A stretch of 24,000 bases of DNA from Desulfobacterales bacterium (GCA_963678885.2 CAXXFG010000006.1:539675-563674), one strand, 5' to 3'. Shown: positions 1 to 8,681, numbered from the stretch's first letter. Program-made: numbers and translations. The notes: generated by a model from the sequence alone, not told the origin.

Positions 1-1361
1 GTGTCCGCCTGGGTCAGGGTGCCGGATCCCATGTGGGTGCCGTTGGCCGAAAGCGCTTCGAAGCAGATGGGAATATCCAGGTCCGCTGCTGCGATCCATG
101 CACCGGTGGGGCCTCCGAACTGAACGGCCTTGACCTGCTTGCCGTCGGGCATGCCCCCGGCAACCTCCTGGGACAAGACGCGCAGGGTCATGTCGGTGGG
201 AACTTCCACAACCCCCGTGCAGGCGCATCCGGCGGCAAGGGTGACCAGCTTGGTGCCGGGGCTGTCGGTGGTGCCGACGGCGGTGTTCTTCCCAAAGCCG
301 TTTCGCAGCAAGACGGCCACATGGGCAAAGGTTTCCACGTTGCCGACCAGGGTGGGATCCCCGTTGAGTCCGGAAGCGGCCGGGTAGGGCGGTCTGGCTT
401 TGGAGCGGGCGGGACCGCCGGACAGGACATTGATGAGGGCCGATTCTTCACCACAGACGAATTGGCCCTGCCCGGTATACAACGCGATTTCCAACGCCGC
501 ATCGGCGCCGAGGATGGCGCTGCCCAAGAGACTTTTTTCTTTCATCTGGTCGATGGCGCATTGCAGGATTTCAGCCGCCCGGGTGTATTCCGGGTTCAGA
601 AACACCGTTGCCTTTGTGGCCCCCGTTGCATGTGCGGCAATGAGAATCCCTTCCAGAACCAGGTGCGGGTCGCTTTCCAGAAGGCAGCGGTCTTTGACGG
701 CCGCGGGGTCGCCCTCCGCCGCGTTGCAGATGATGTGCTTCTGGGCGGAATCGGCGTTGCGGCATGCTTTCCATTTTTCCGCCACCGGGTACCCCGCGCC
801 ACCACGGCCCCTTAGCTGCGCGCCGGCGATGGCGTCGATGAGTGCCTCCGGGGACTGGTCCAGGGCTTTTACGAGCCCTGAATAGCCGCCGGTTGCAAGA
901 GCGTGCCCGATATCGCACGGATCAATGCGACCGCAATTTTCCATCACAAGGCGGATCTGCTTGGAGAAAAGGGGAAGGTCTTTCATGGCGGGGATGGCGT
1001 CAATGCCCGTATCACCGAGAACACACAACGCCGATGCCGCTTGGACTTTTCCGTTCACGACATGTGACGCGAGCAATTGCGCGGCGCTGTCGGGGGTCAC
1101 GTTGCCGTAAAGCACCGTCGGGCTGTTTTGTCTGGAAACGAGCACCAAAGGTTCCCTGTCACACCAACCCATGCAGCCGGTTTCCACCACCGCCGCATTG
1201 ATGCCGTCTTGCGCGATATCCGCGCGGATGCGTTCAAGAACCGCCGTTGCACCGGCATTGCAACCGCAAGTTCCCATGCCGACGAATACCACTGCGTCAT
1301 GGTCCCGATGCAATGCTTCCCACGCGGCCAAAGCACTTTTTTTAATGTCTTCGAATGCCAT
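1..1361 (-). CDS. NuoF-like NAD(H)-binding flavoprotein subunit (thioredoxin-like [2Fe-2S] N-domain fused to the 51-kDa FMN/NADH module); C-terminus runs off the window
   Basis: Absent from the ORF track because no stop lies inside the window. Hand translation of the minus strand starts at ATG 1361-1359, with AGGAG at 1372-1368. It reads MAFEDIKKSALAAWEALHRDHDAVVFVGMGTCGCNAG...ETGCMGWCDREPLV...QLRGRGGAGYPVAEKWK...ICNAAEGDP...GQGQFVCGEESALINVL...PPYPAASGL. These are the Cys pairs of a Trx-like 2Fe-2S domain followed by collinear NuoF-type glycine-rich, CNA(D/E)EG(D/E)P and CGEE(S/T)AL motifs. The plus-strand ORFs listed between 33 and 1482 are antisense shadows of this GC-rich gene. Confidence 0.85.
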   Translation of the reverse strand, partial: MAFEDIKKSALAAWEALHRDHDAVVFVGMGTCGCNAGATAVLERIRADIAQDGINAAVVETGCMGWCDREPLVLVSRQNSPTVLYGNVTPDSAAQLLASHVVNGKVQAASALCVLGDTGIDAIPAMKDLPLFSKQIRLVMENCGRIDPCDIGHALATGGYSGLVKALDQSPEALIDAIAGAQLRGRGGAGYPVAEKWKACRNADSAQKHIICNAAEGDPAAVKDRCLLESDPHLVLEGILIAAHATGATKATVFLNPEYTRAAEILQCAIDQMKEKSLLGSAILGADAALEIALYTGQGQFVCGEESALINVLSGGPARSKARPPYPAASGLNGDPTLVGNVETFAHVAVLLRNGFGKNTAVGTTDSPGTKLVTLAAGCACTGVVEVPTDMTLRVLSQEVAGGMPDGKQVKAVQFGGPTGAWIAAADLDIPICFEALSANGTHMGSGTLTQAD

Positions 1362-1402
1362 TCGAAACTCCTGTTATGTAACGAGAATCAATTGTGATTC
1401 AC

Positions 1403-1445
1403 GAAAGAAAACTCCCGGTTCCAGGCGGGACCCCGGAGCCGGGAG
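1403..1445 (-). terminator. Candidate Rho-independent terminator after the FAD oxidoreductase gene
   Basis: On the minus strand CTCCCGG (1445-1439) pairs with CCGGGAG (1418-1412), with further GC pairing possible inside the loop. The stem is followed directly by TTTTCTTTC. It begins about 20 nt after the stop at 1466. Confidence 0.5.
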
Positions 1446-1465
1446 CGAATTGCTAACGAAACGAA

Positions 1466-2920
1466 TTACGCCAGGGATTTAATGTAAGCCGCTCCGTTTT
1501 CACCGGCCATGCGGCCGCTGTTGATGGCGAATCCCATGGTGTTGCCGGGCAGCACGAACACGTAACTGTCGCCGAATATGGTGCAGGCGTCGGTTCCGGC
1601 GGCATACAGCCCCTTGATGGTGTCCCAGTTCTTGTCGAGCACCTCTGTTTTGTGGTTGATCTTAATGCCGCCAAGGCTGCCGTAGGCACTGGGCATATGG
1701 CAGCAGGCATAGTAGCGGGGCCCCTTCACCGGACGCAGGTGCTCGTAGTTCCGGCTGAAGAGGGGATCGCGGCCCTTCTCGGCGTTGGCGTTGTATTCCG
1801 CGAGGCTTGCCTTCAGGCCCTCAAGGTTGATACCGGTTTTTTCGCATAGTTCTTCAAGAGAGTCGGCGATGTAGAGATGTTGGCATCCCTGCTCCATGCT
1901 GGCCTTGATGGCGGCTTCCGCGTCGGTGAGTTTCAGATCCGGTGCAATGCCCAGGGGGTGGTCGAACCCATTGGTCTCAAAATGTTCTTTTATGGCCGTA
2001 TCGAAAATGACAAACCCGCAACGGTCCTTTTGTTCGGCAATGGCATTGCCGGTGAAGGTGGTGTTGCCCATCATGTCTTCGTTAATGAAACGTTCGCCCA
2101 GCAGGTTGCACATGAAATTCGGCTGATGGAACAGGGCCATGATGCTGAAATCCGTCCCGCCGCCGGGAATGCCGTAGATCATTTCCATATCCATCCGCGT
2201 CTTGGCCGCGCCGGCCTCCCACGCCATGCGGATACCGTCCCCCTCGACCCCGGGGATACGGAAATTATGCATGTCTTTTCCGAATTCATAGTCGGTGTGT
2301 TTTTTGATCATTTTCGGGTTGTCACCGAATCCTCCGGTGGCGACGATGACGGCCTTTGCCGTGGCTTCCACGTCGTTTCCGGAACGGTCTTCGGCAATGA
2401 TGCCCTTGATTGCGTCTCCCTGCTTGATGATTTTCTTGACCGGGGTCTGTAAGAAGACTTTAACGCCCAGGGCCTTGGCCCGTTCCGTCATGATCTTGGT
2501 CATGGTGGCGGCGGCGGTGGGGCCCGGTTTTCCGGATTCGGGCTGAACGATGTGCCAGGTGAAATGCGCCCCCGGAAAATAACTGGCCGCATCGGCGAAA
2601 ACAACACCCATCTTTTCCAGCCAATCGATGGTGTCGGCGCTCTTGTTAATGTAGGCGCGCACCAGTTTGGCATCCACCCGCCAGTGGGTGTAAGTCATGA
2701 AAATCTCGAAAGCCTGGTCCCGGGTCAGGGCCAATTGCTTGGCCTTCTGGAGTCGGCTTTCAACCGCAAAGGGCCCCATGCCCATGTTGGCGGCGCCGCC
2801 CGTGGTGGATGCTTTCTCGAAAAGGGTGACGCTTGCCCCCGCTTCAGCGGCGCTGATGGCGGCCGCCAGTCCTGCCGGTCCACCGGCGATGACAATAATA
2901 TCCGATTCAACTTTGCTCAT
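1466..2920 (-). CDS. FAD-dependent oxidoreductase, fumarate reductase/succinate dehydrogenase flavoprotein-like (FAD_binding_2 type)
   Basis: 484-aa ORF. The N-terminal dinucleotide fold is DIIVIAGGPAGLAAAISAAEAGASVTLFEK. It also carries VIVATGGFG and the C-terminal GLYAAGTDA/GNTMGFAINSGRMAG motifs typical of soluble flavocytochrome-less fumarate/urocanate/enoate-type reductases. GGAGGG RBS lies 8 nt upstream of the ATG at 2920. Confidence 0.85.
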   Translation of the reverse strand: MSKVESDIIVIAGGPAGLAAAISAAEAGASVTLFEKASTTGGAANMGMGPFAVESRLQKAKQLALTRDQAFEIFMTYTHWRVDAKLVRAYINKSADTIDWLEKMGVVFADAASYFPGAHFTWHIVQPESGKPGPTAAATMTKIMTERAKALGVKVFLQTPVKKIIKQGDAIKGIIAEDRSGNDVEATAKAVIVATGGFGDNPKMIKKHTDYEFGKDMHNFRIPGVEGDGIRMAWEAGAAKTRMDMEMIYGIPGGGTDFSIMALFHQPNFMCNLLGERFINEDMMGNTTFTGNAIAEQKDRCGFVIFDTAIKEHFETNGFDHPLGIAPDLKLTDAEAAIKASMEQGCQHLYIADSLEELCEKTGINLEGLKASLAEYNANAEKGRDPLFSRNYEHLRPVKGPRYYACCHMPSAYGSLGGIKINHKTEVLDKNWDTIKGLYAAGTDACTIFGDSYVFVLPGNTMGFAINSGRMAGENGAAYIKSLA

Positions 2921-3057
2921 GGTAGTTACCCTCCAAATTCATGCTGCATAACCATTGAATAAATAATGCGTTAACGATGAAAGGCTCCCGCCCCAAAGGA
3001 GACCGTTTGATGGGTGGCACACTTTCGGGCGGGAGAAATCAGATGCGAACTGCCCCT

Positions 3058-4011
3058 CTATTCGTTTGGGTGATCCTTCTGCCAGTTGAGGAGGTGATCC
3101 ACCAGCCCCTTTCGGAGAGCGGCCGTTCTTTCCGCGCTCCATTCCTGGAATCCCTTGCCCGTTTTCACCCCCAGCTCGCCCTTTTCCACCTTTTCCTTGA
3201 GGATCGGTGAGGGCTCATGGGAATCTTCGATGTGTTTGAGCACATAGTTGTGAATGGCCAACGTCAGGTCGGTACCGGCCAGATCGGCGTTTTCCATGGG
3301 GCCGAGAACGGGAAGGCGCAATCCGAAACTGTTTTTGACGGCGATGTCGACTTCTTCGGGGTCGGCAATGCCGTTTTGCACGATGGAGATGGCTTCACGC
3401 CACAGGGCATGCTGAAGGCGGTTGGCGAGAAAGCCTGGGACGTCCTTTTTGACCCGAACCGGCTTTTTGCCGACGTATGCCAGCAGTTCGAAGGTCTTGT
3501 CCATGGTCTCTTCGGAGGTGTCCTTGGCCTTGATGACCTCCACCAGGGGGATCAAATGCGGCGGGTTCCAGAAATGGGTGCCGACAATACGATCCCGGTA
3601 AGTGGATTTTGCGGCGATCTCCGTGATGCTGATAACAGAGGTGTTGGTGGCGAGAATGGCGTCCCGCTTGCACATCGCATCCATCCGTTTAAAGAAGTCT
3701 TGTTTGAGCTCCAGGTTCTCGCCGATGGCTTCGTCCACGAAATCCGCGTCAATGACGGCTTCTTCAAAATTATCGGTGGTTTTTACCCGGGAGATGGTGG
3801 TTTCGATGTCTTCCTGATTGTAAATGCCCTTTTCCGCCATGACGGTCATGTTGTTTCGGATCGCGTCGATGACGCCGGGAAGCACCTCAGCCCGACGCGC
3901 CCAGAGCGTCACATCGTACCCCTTGTACGCAAAGGTCTGCGCCATGCCCGGTCCCATCATCCCCGCGCCAAGAATGGTTATTTTTTTAATATTCCCAATG
4001 GTGTTTGACAT
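3058..4011 (-). CDS. 3-hydroxyacyl-CoA dehydrogenase family NAD-dependent dehydrogenase (includes L-carnitine/3-hydroxy acid dehydrogenase-like members)
   Basis: 317-aa ORF. Rossmann motif KKITILGAGMMGPGMAQTF, then ATNTSVISITEIA and GTHFWNPPHLIPLVEV (3HCDH_N signature), then a C-terminal 3HCDH helical domain. GAAGGAGG RBS lies upstream of the ATG at 4011. Confidence 0.85.
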   Translation of the reverse strand: MSNTIGNIKKITILGAGMMGPGMAQTFAYKGYDVTLWARRAEVLPGVIDAIRNNMTVMAEKGIYNQEDIETTISRVKTTDNFEEAVIDADFVDEAIGENLELKQDFFKRMDAMCKRDAILATNTSVISITEIAAKSTYRDRIVGTHFWNPPHLIPLVEVIKAKDTSEETMDKTFELLAYVGKKPVRVKKDVPGFLANRLQHALWREAISIVQNGIADPEEVDIAVKNSFGLRLPVLGPMENADLAGTDLTLAIHNYVLKHIEDSHEPSPILKEKVEKGELGVKTGKGFQEWSAERTAALRKGLVDHLLNWQKDHPNE

Positions 4012-4397
4012 AGACAGGAACCTCCTTCGTTGGATGAACGATCAATTCAAATTGAAACATTACCATAATGGCGTCATTACCTTATAATATTATCAAAGTT
4101 CCATATGAAAAGAACCATGATAAGTCAAGATGTATGGGGGGCAATCCAATTATTTCCATAAAGTCAACACAATTTTTACGGTCTTCACCGCCAGCATATT
4201 CGCAGGATAACCCCCGACGGCACCATGCGGATTTTTTCCGGGACATGGCGCATGCATGGCTGTCCATCGGCCGGGCCGACCGCTTGCCATGGCCTTCCGG
4301 GATATGTTAAGGGTGCAGGCGAAATGCGCCGCCTGAAAAATGCCACACAACGCCGCCTTTCCAGCGCGGCGGGCGAAACACATAGGGGAAACCGATC

Positions 4398-5738
4398 ATG
4401 TTATGGAGATTTTCGAAAAAATTTCAATTCGCGGCGGATAAAGTCATCCCCAACTCCTTTGTCTTCTGCATTGTCCTCACCTTCATCGTCTTTATCATGG
4501 GATGGATGCTGACGACCTCCGGTATATCGGACCTGATTGCCTACTGGTACGACGGGCTATGGTCCATGATCCAGTTCGCGTTTCAGATGACCTTGCTGGT
4601 GGTGGTTTGCAGCGCAGCGGCCAAATCACCACTTGTGGAAAAAATTTTGTCGTGGGTATCGCGCATTCCCAAGACACCTGCAGCCGCCTATGCGTTTTTA
4701 ATCGTCATTTCCACCCTGGCCGGATGGATCAACTGGGCGTTCGGGATGATTCTCGCCCCGATTCTTTCCATGTATCTGTCAAAAAACGTAAGAAAATGCC
4801 ATTTTCCACTGATGGTGGTCATCGGCTATTCCTGTATGATCGGTGTGCAGCCCATCTGTCCTAGTGCGTCCGCCATCGCGCTGTTGTCGTCGCCGGATCA
4901 TTTCATGGTAGACCAGATCGGTGTGCTTCCGGTGACGGAAACGGCTTTCAGCCCCGTCGGGTTGAGCATGGCCGCCATTTTGATTTTGTTGACGTTGCTG
5001 GTCGCCGTGAATTTCAAGGTTCCTGAAAAAGAAGTGGTCGAATACACAGGCGATATCAATTTCAACGAAAGTGTGCCGACGCCCCCCGGAAACCAGGGGT
5101 TGACCGTGGCGGACCGGATGAACAACAGCCGCGGCATGATGCTGATCATCGGCGTCGCCTCGATTTTCTACATCGCGCAGCATTTCTATGCCCATGGGTT
5201 TAAACTGAATTTCAACCTGGTGATTTTCATTTTCCTGGCCCTGGATTTTTTTCTGTACCCGACACCGCTTAAATTCACCAATGCCGTCAGGGACAACATG
5301 GCCCTGGCGGCACCGGTGATGATTCAGTTCCCCTTTTACGGTGGGATCATGGGAATGATGGCCGCTTCGGGACTTACGCTCGTGGTGGCGAATGCGTTGA
5401 TCCAGGTGGCCACCGAAACCACTTTCTATTGGTTTTCCTATTTTGCGGCCTCCATCGTTAATTTGTTCGTTCCTTCCCAGGGCGGACAATGGATCGTTCA
5501 GGGGCCCATATTGGTGGAGGCCGCCAAGCCGTTCAATATCCACATGCCGACCATGGTGTCCGCCTTCATGTTCGGGGACGAAGCCACCAATCTTATCCAG
5601 CCGTTGTACATCATCCCCGCATTGTCACTGGTTAACATGAAACTGAAGGAGGCCTGGGGGCTGATGGCGTTTATCTGGTTTTTGTGGTTTATCGCCACCA
5701 CCGTCGGGCTGATCGTTCTCCCGGCCGTTTTCCTCTGA
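4398..5738 (+). CDS. AtoE-family short-chain fatty acid transporter
   Basis: 446-aa polytopic membrane ORF. It is collinear with my recollection of E. coli AtoE, including QFPFYGGIMGMM (AtoE QFPFYAGI) and VPSQGGQWIVQGP (AtoE VPSGGGHWVIQGP). Confidence 0.8.
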   Translation: MLWRFSKKFQFAADKVIPNSFVFCIVLTFIVFIMGWMLTTSGISDLIAYWYDGLWSMIQFAFQMTLLVVVCSAAAKSPLVEKILSWVSRIPKTPAAAYAFLIVISTLAGWINWAFGMILAPILSMYLSKNVRKCHFPLMVVIGYSCMIGVQPICPSASAIALLSSPDHFMVDQIGVLPVTETAFSPVGLSMAAILILLTLLVAVNFKVPEKEVVEYTGDINFNESVPTPPGNQGLTVADRMNNSRGMMLIIGVASIFYIAQHFYAHGFKLNFNLVIFIFLALDFFLYPTPLKFTNAVRDNMALAAPVMIQFPFYGGIMGMMAASGLTLVVANALIQVATETTFYWFSYFAASIVNLFVPSQGGQWIVQGPILVEAAKPFNIHMPTMVSAFMFGDEATNLIQPLYIIPALSLVNMKLKEAWGLMAFIWFLWFIATTVGLIVLPAVFL

Positions 5739-5747
5739 CCAAAGCCC

Positions 5748-5775
5748 TTGACATGGATCTTGTTTCTTGTAAATT
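5748..5775 (+). promoter_or_regulatory. Candidate sigma70 promoter for the BKACE gene
   Basis: TTGACA (5748-5753), a 16-nt spacer, then TAAATT (5770-5775). It lies about 95 nt upstream of the ATG at 5871, in the gap after the transporter stop. Confidence 0.35.
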
Positions 5776-5870
5776 ATCGGAAAAATGGGCGGTGGCATGA
5801 TACCGGCCCTGGTGATCCCGGCAATCTATCAAAGTGGAAATACAATTTTAATTGTGACAAGGAGAAAAAA

Positions 5871-6707
5871 ATGGAAAATTGCATCATTACCGTCGCATTA
5901 ACCGGAGCATGGCCCAAAAAGGAAAACACCCCCTATATCCCCATCAGTGCGCAGGAAATCGCCGAGGAAGTGTGGGCTTGCTGGAAGGCCGGCGCCGCCA
6001 TCGCCCACATCCACGTGCGCGGCGAGAACGAATCCCCCACGATGGAGTTTGAAAAGTTCAAGGAAGTGGTGGATCTTGTGCGTACAAACAAAGAGTGCGA
6101 CATCATCCTCAACCTGACCACCTCCGGATCGGTCGACCCCAACCTGACCCTTGAGGACCGCTCCAAGCACCTCGTCGAACTGAGACCCGAGATGTGTTCT
6201 TACGATGCCGGCTCCATGAACTGGATGCATTCGACCTTGTTTCTGAATCCCCCGGCTTTTCTCGAAGGCCTCGGAAAACTCACCCAGGAGATCGGAGTGA
6301 AGCCCGAACTCGAGATTTTCGATGCCGGCATGCTCTACACCAGCTTGTATTACCTGAAGAAGGGAATTTTGAAGGCGCCGCTTCATTTCCAGTTCTGCCT
6401 GGGCGCTCCCGGGGGAATGACCGCCACCATCGACAACTTCATGCATCTGTTGCGGGAGATTCCCGAAGGTTCCACCTTCTCCGCATTCGGCGTCGGCGCG
6501 CAATGGTTGACCATTCTTTACATGTCGGTCATCACCGGTGGTCATGTCCGGGTCGGCATGGAAGACAACATCTACCTGTCAAAGGGCGTGTTGGCCAAGT
6601 CCAACGTTGATTTCGTTGAAAAGGCAAAGACAATCGCCACCGAATTCGGCCGCGGCATCGCCACGCCGGCGGAGGCCAGAAAAATTCTCGGCATTGGCCA
6701 AAAGTAA
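5871..6707 (+). CDS. BKACE/DUF849-family beta-keto acid cleavage enzyme (3-keto-5-aminohexanoate cleavage enzyme-like)
   Basis: The track ORF is 5748-6707. I place the start at ATG 5871 (MENCIITVALTGA...), preceded by AAGGAG at 5859-5864. It is collinear with the Kce-type TIM barrel: IITVALTGA, AAIAHIHVR (His-x-His metal ligands), PELEIFDAGM, HFQFCLGAPGGM, ITGGHVRVGMEDNIY, ATPAEARKILGI. Confidence 0.85.
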   Translation: MENCIITVALTGAWPKKENTPYIPISAQEIAEEVWACWKAGAAIAHIHVRGENESPTMEFEKFKEVVDLVRTNKECDIILNLTTSGSVDPNLTLEDRSKHLVELRPEMCSYDAGSMNWMHSTLFLNPPAFLEGLGKLTQEIGVKPELEIFDAGMLYTSLYYLKKGILKAPLHFQFCLGAPGGMTATIDNFMHLLREIPEGSTFSAFGVGAQWLTILYMSVITGGHVRVGMEDNIYLSKGVLAKSNVDFVEKAKTIATEFGRGIATPAEARKILGIGQK

Positions 6708-6717
6708 ACGATTAAAA

Positions 6718-6748
6718 GTACCGAATGGCCGTAACGGCCATTCGGTAC
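6718..6748 (+). terminator. Perfect 14-bp stem hairpin downstream of the BKACE gene (possible terminator; no T-tract)
   Basis: GTACCGAATGGCCG-TAA-CGGCCATTCGGTAC, starting 11 nt after the stop codon. No U-run follows, so intrinsic termination is uncertain. Confidence 0.4.
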
Positions 6749-6770
6749 ACCTCCACGACACTTTCCCGCC

Positions 6771-6960
6771 TCCGACACGCGCTGTTTTCAGAGATCAGCG
6801 TCAGCCAAACAATAGAAAGATATAAGAATTGACAACACCGGTGGGCTGGGCAATACTTTTCCTGCTTTCTGGAAGGGGGAAGGGGCCGGTCCAAAACGGG
6901 GCATTCTTTTGCAACGTGGTGGAAATGGCGGAAGTGCATGGGAATCGAACTCGTGTGACA
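6771..6960. repeat. Short (~190 bp) non-coding relative of the 494-bp element at 20507-21000
   Basis: Three collinear blocks are shared with 20507-21000. (1) GTTTTCAG (6784-6791) and CAGCCAAA (6802-6809) match GTTTTCAGCCAAAA (20523-20536). (2) GGAAGGGGGAAGGGGCCGG (6871-6889) matches TGAAGGGGGCTGGAGGGTGCC (20619-20639). (3) TGGAAATGG...GGAATCGAAC.CGTGTGACA (6920-6960) matches TGGAAATGG...GGAATTAAACCGCTGATAACA (20966-21000). Boundaries are approximate and no clean target duplication was seen. Confidence 0.5.
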
Positions 6961-6984
6961 CGCTATATTTATTAAATAATTCAG

Positions 6985-8463
6985 TCATTTAGGATATAAT
7001 GTGATCACGTTGTCAAGGTTTTGTAAAGGTTCGGTCCTTTTCTCGGCAAGTTCTGCGCGTCTTTTGGACTCTGCCCTCGCCATCTTCTTGCGCCTTAAAG
7101 TAACTTCAAAATATTGCTTCACTGATTGCCGGCTGGCGTGATCGGTGAGTATCATTAAGCTATCTTCAGTTCCGCCGTCTTCAATAAACTTCATACATGC
7201 TGTATGTTTCAATCCTCGATATGGCCATATTCTTCCGACTTCAGAATCATCGCAAGCTTTATACCAGATGTTTTTTATTGATTCCAGCGTATAACGTCCG
7301 CCCTTTTTTCGAGCCCTGGGATTGACGAAAAGGAATGGGCTTTCCGGATTTTCTTTAAGCAGCCTTATGGCGATAGGTATGAATTCAGGGTCGCAATCGA
7401 CCATGTGAAACTTTGGTTTTTTCCGGTTGGTTTTTACGGAGTCGACCAATTCTCGGGCAGAAATGGCACGATGAATCATGAAACAGGCGTTGCACGGCTC
7501 AAAATCGATTTTATGGATAGCACAGGCCTCACCGGGGCGCCGGTAGTGCAGGCGAAGAAATAGAAAGATCGGTTTATGATCAGCCGGAATAGCAGCATAA
7601 ACCTTATCGAATTCCTCGGGAGTAAGATATTCAATCTTCCGGGCTTTAAGGTTATAATCTTCCAACTTGGGAAATGGCGGGATGGATGCGACCTTTTTTG
7701 ATCTGTGAGCATGGTCCATCATTGAACGAACAGATGAAACTATATTGAGCGCAGTTTTAGCGTAGTTTTTATCTTCATCATCATCAGCATTTCGTTGAAC
7801 TGCTTTACTTTTTGCTATTACGCGTCGGATCCAGCTTTCAGACACATGTAAATCATGTTTTTCCGCCAATCGGTCAGAAATTTCAGGGCTTGTCAATTCA
7901 GGGCAAGCACGGTGGATATCCAGAATCGCTTTGGTTTTTGGATTATCATCAGATGTTTTCTTTTTAAGGCCGTCGACAATATAAATTAGTAACTCCAGGA
8001 GCGTATCATAATCGATTTCATGGAGTCGAACAGGATGTTGTGAGAAAAACGGCTTTATCCAGTTTTTGGCGTATGATTTATACGCCTTAACAGTGGCCGG
8101 TTTTCTGGTAGGTGCTATCTTTTTGTCAATCCATTTGTCATACCATTCAACCGTGTCGGTCCAGCCTTCTTTCGTGAATTCCTCAATACGAAAGGTACAT
8201 TCACCATTTAAGTGTTGTTGCCATCGGTGCTGCATTTCAGCGCGGAGCTTACGGGCAAGTTCATAGCCATAACACTTATCTTTGTCTGGAAGAGGACGGT
8301 TCTTTTCGTCAAGAACGATTGATTTGTTTTTCTCAAGGAAAGCGGTAAAAGGCATGTATTGACCCTGGTATTTGGTAATGAACACGCCCTTTTTGGCCTT
8401 GACATCGTACCAATACACCATCCAACGGCGTCGATCCATTTGCGGGTAGATTTTACCTTTCAT
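6985..8463 (-). CDS. Tyrosine recombinase / phage-type integrase (large, with arm-binding-like N-terminus)
   Basis: The track ORF is 6985-8520 with a TTG start; the ATG at 8463 (MKGKIYPQMDRRRWMVYWYD...) is my preferred start. The C-terminal catalytic region has LRLHYRRPGEACAI (box I Arg), GLKHTACMKF and LTDHASRQSVKQYFEV (box II with the Tyr nucleophile). DNA here is lower in GC than the flanks. Confidence 0.8.
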   Translation of the reverse strand: MKGKIYPQMDRRRWMVYWYDVKAKKGVFITKYQGQYMPFTAFLEKNKSIVLDEKNRPLPDKDKCYGYELARKLRAEMQHRWQQHLNGECTFRIEEFTKEGWTDTVEWYDKWIDKKIAPTRKPATVKAYKSYAKNWIKPFFSQHPVRLHEIDYDTLLELLIYIVDGLKKKTSDDNPKTKAILDIHRACPELTSPEISDRLAEKHDLHVSESWIRRVIAKSKAVQRNADDDEDKNYAKTALNIVSSVRSMMDHAHRSKKVASIPPFPKLEDYNLKARKIEYLTPEEFDKVYAAIPADHKPIFLFLRLHYRRPGEACAIHKIDFEPCNACFMIHRAISARELVDSVKTNRKKPKFHMVDCDPEFIPIAIRLLKENPESPFLFVNPRARKKGGRYTLESIKNIWYKACDDSEVGRIWPYRGLKHTACMKFIEDGGTEDSLMILTDHASRQSVKQYFEVTLRRKKMARAESKRRAELAEKRTEPLQNLDNVITLYPK

Positions 8464-8637
8464 GCAGATGTCCCGTTTTTGAGTGTGAGGGATGGTACTA
8501 TGTCCGGATCTTGGTGTCAATTTTTACCTGTGTTTAATTATTACAGATTTTTTACATTATTCTTTACCCAAATGTATTTTGGTTGAAACTGCGCCCACTT
8601 AAAAAAAATCACGATCAAGGGAAAAATCGTAGATGTA

Positions 8638-8670
8638 TGAAAAGGGGAGGGCGCTTAAGTGATAGCGCCC
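8638..8670 (-). terminator. Candidate Rho-independent terminator after the second recombinase gene
   Basis: On the minus strand GGGCGCT (8670-8664) pairs with AGCGCCC (8655-8649) across an 8-nt loop. TCCCCTTTTC follows. It starts 12 nt after the stop at 8682. Confidence 0.55.
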
Positions 8671-8681
8671 ATACCCCATTT

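Noticed and set aside
33-1482. Many overlapping plus- and minus-strand ORFs of 60-260 aa in the first 1.5 kb
   Set aside because: They are Gly/Arg/Ala/Pro-rich shadow frames of a GC-rich gene. The only frame with recognisable motifs is the unlisted minus-strand NuoF-like frame that ends at 1361.
3217-4008. 263-aa plus-strand ORF, together with similar long antisense ORFs at 1877-2452, 4779-5543, 5898-6545, 10971-11576, 12619-13098 and 13706-14911
   Set aside because: Each lies fully antisense to a gene with clear family motifs. Each translates to low-complexity or motif-free sequence and has no RBS context.
4330-4345. Sigma54-like -24/-12 element on the minus strand (TGGCATTTTTCAGGCG, GG-N10-GC spacing) upstream of the dehydrogenase operon
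   Set aside because: The -12 region (AGGC) departs from TTGC. It lies about 320 nt from the start codon, and no enhancer-binding-protein gene is visible in the window. I noted it but do not call it.
6917-6952. tRNA-like 3' end on the minus strand (GAGTTCGATTCCC...CACTTCCGCCA...TCCACCA) next to the integrase, which suggested a tRNA att site
   Set aside because: The T-stem pairs at only 3 of 5 positions, and the acceptor and CCA spacing is off by one nucleotide. No D-arm or anticodon arm follows, because the sequence becomes AT-rich and runs into the integrase stop. The same block also aligns with the terminal block of the 494-bp element at 20960-21000. I therefore treat it as part of a repeat family. 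A tRNAscan-SE or ARAGORN run would settle this.
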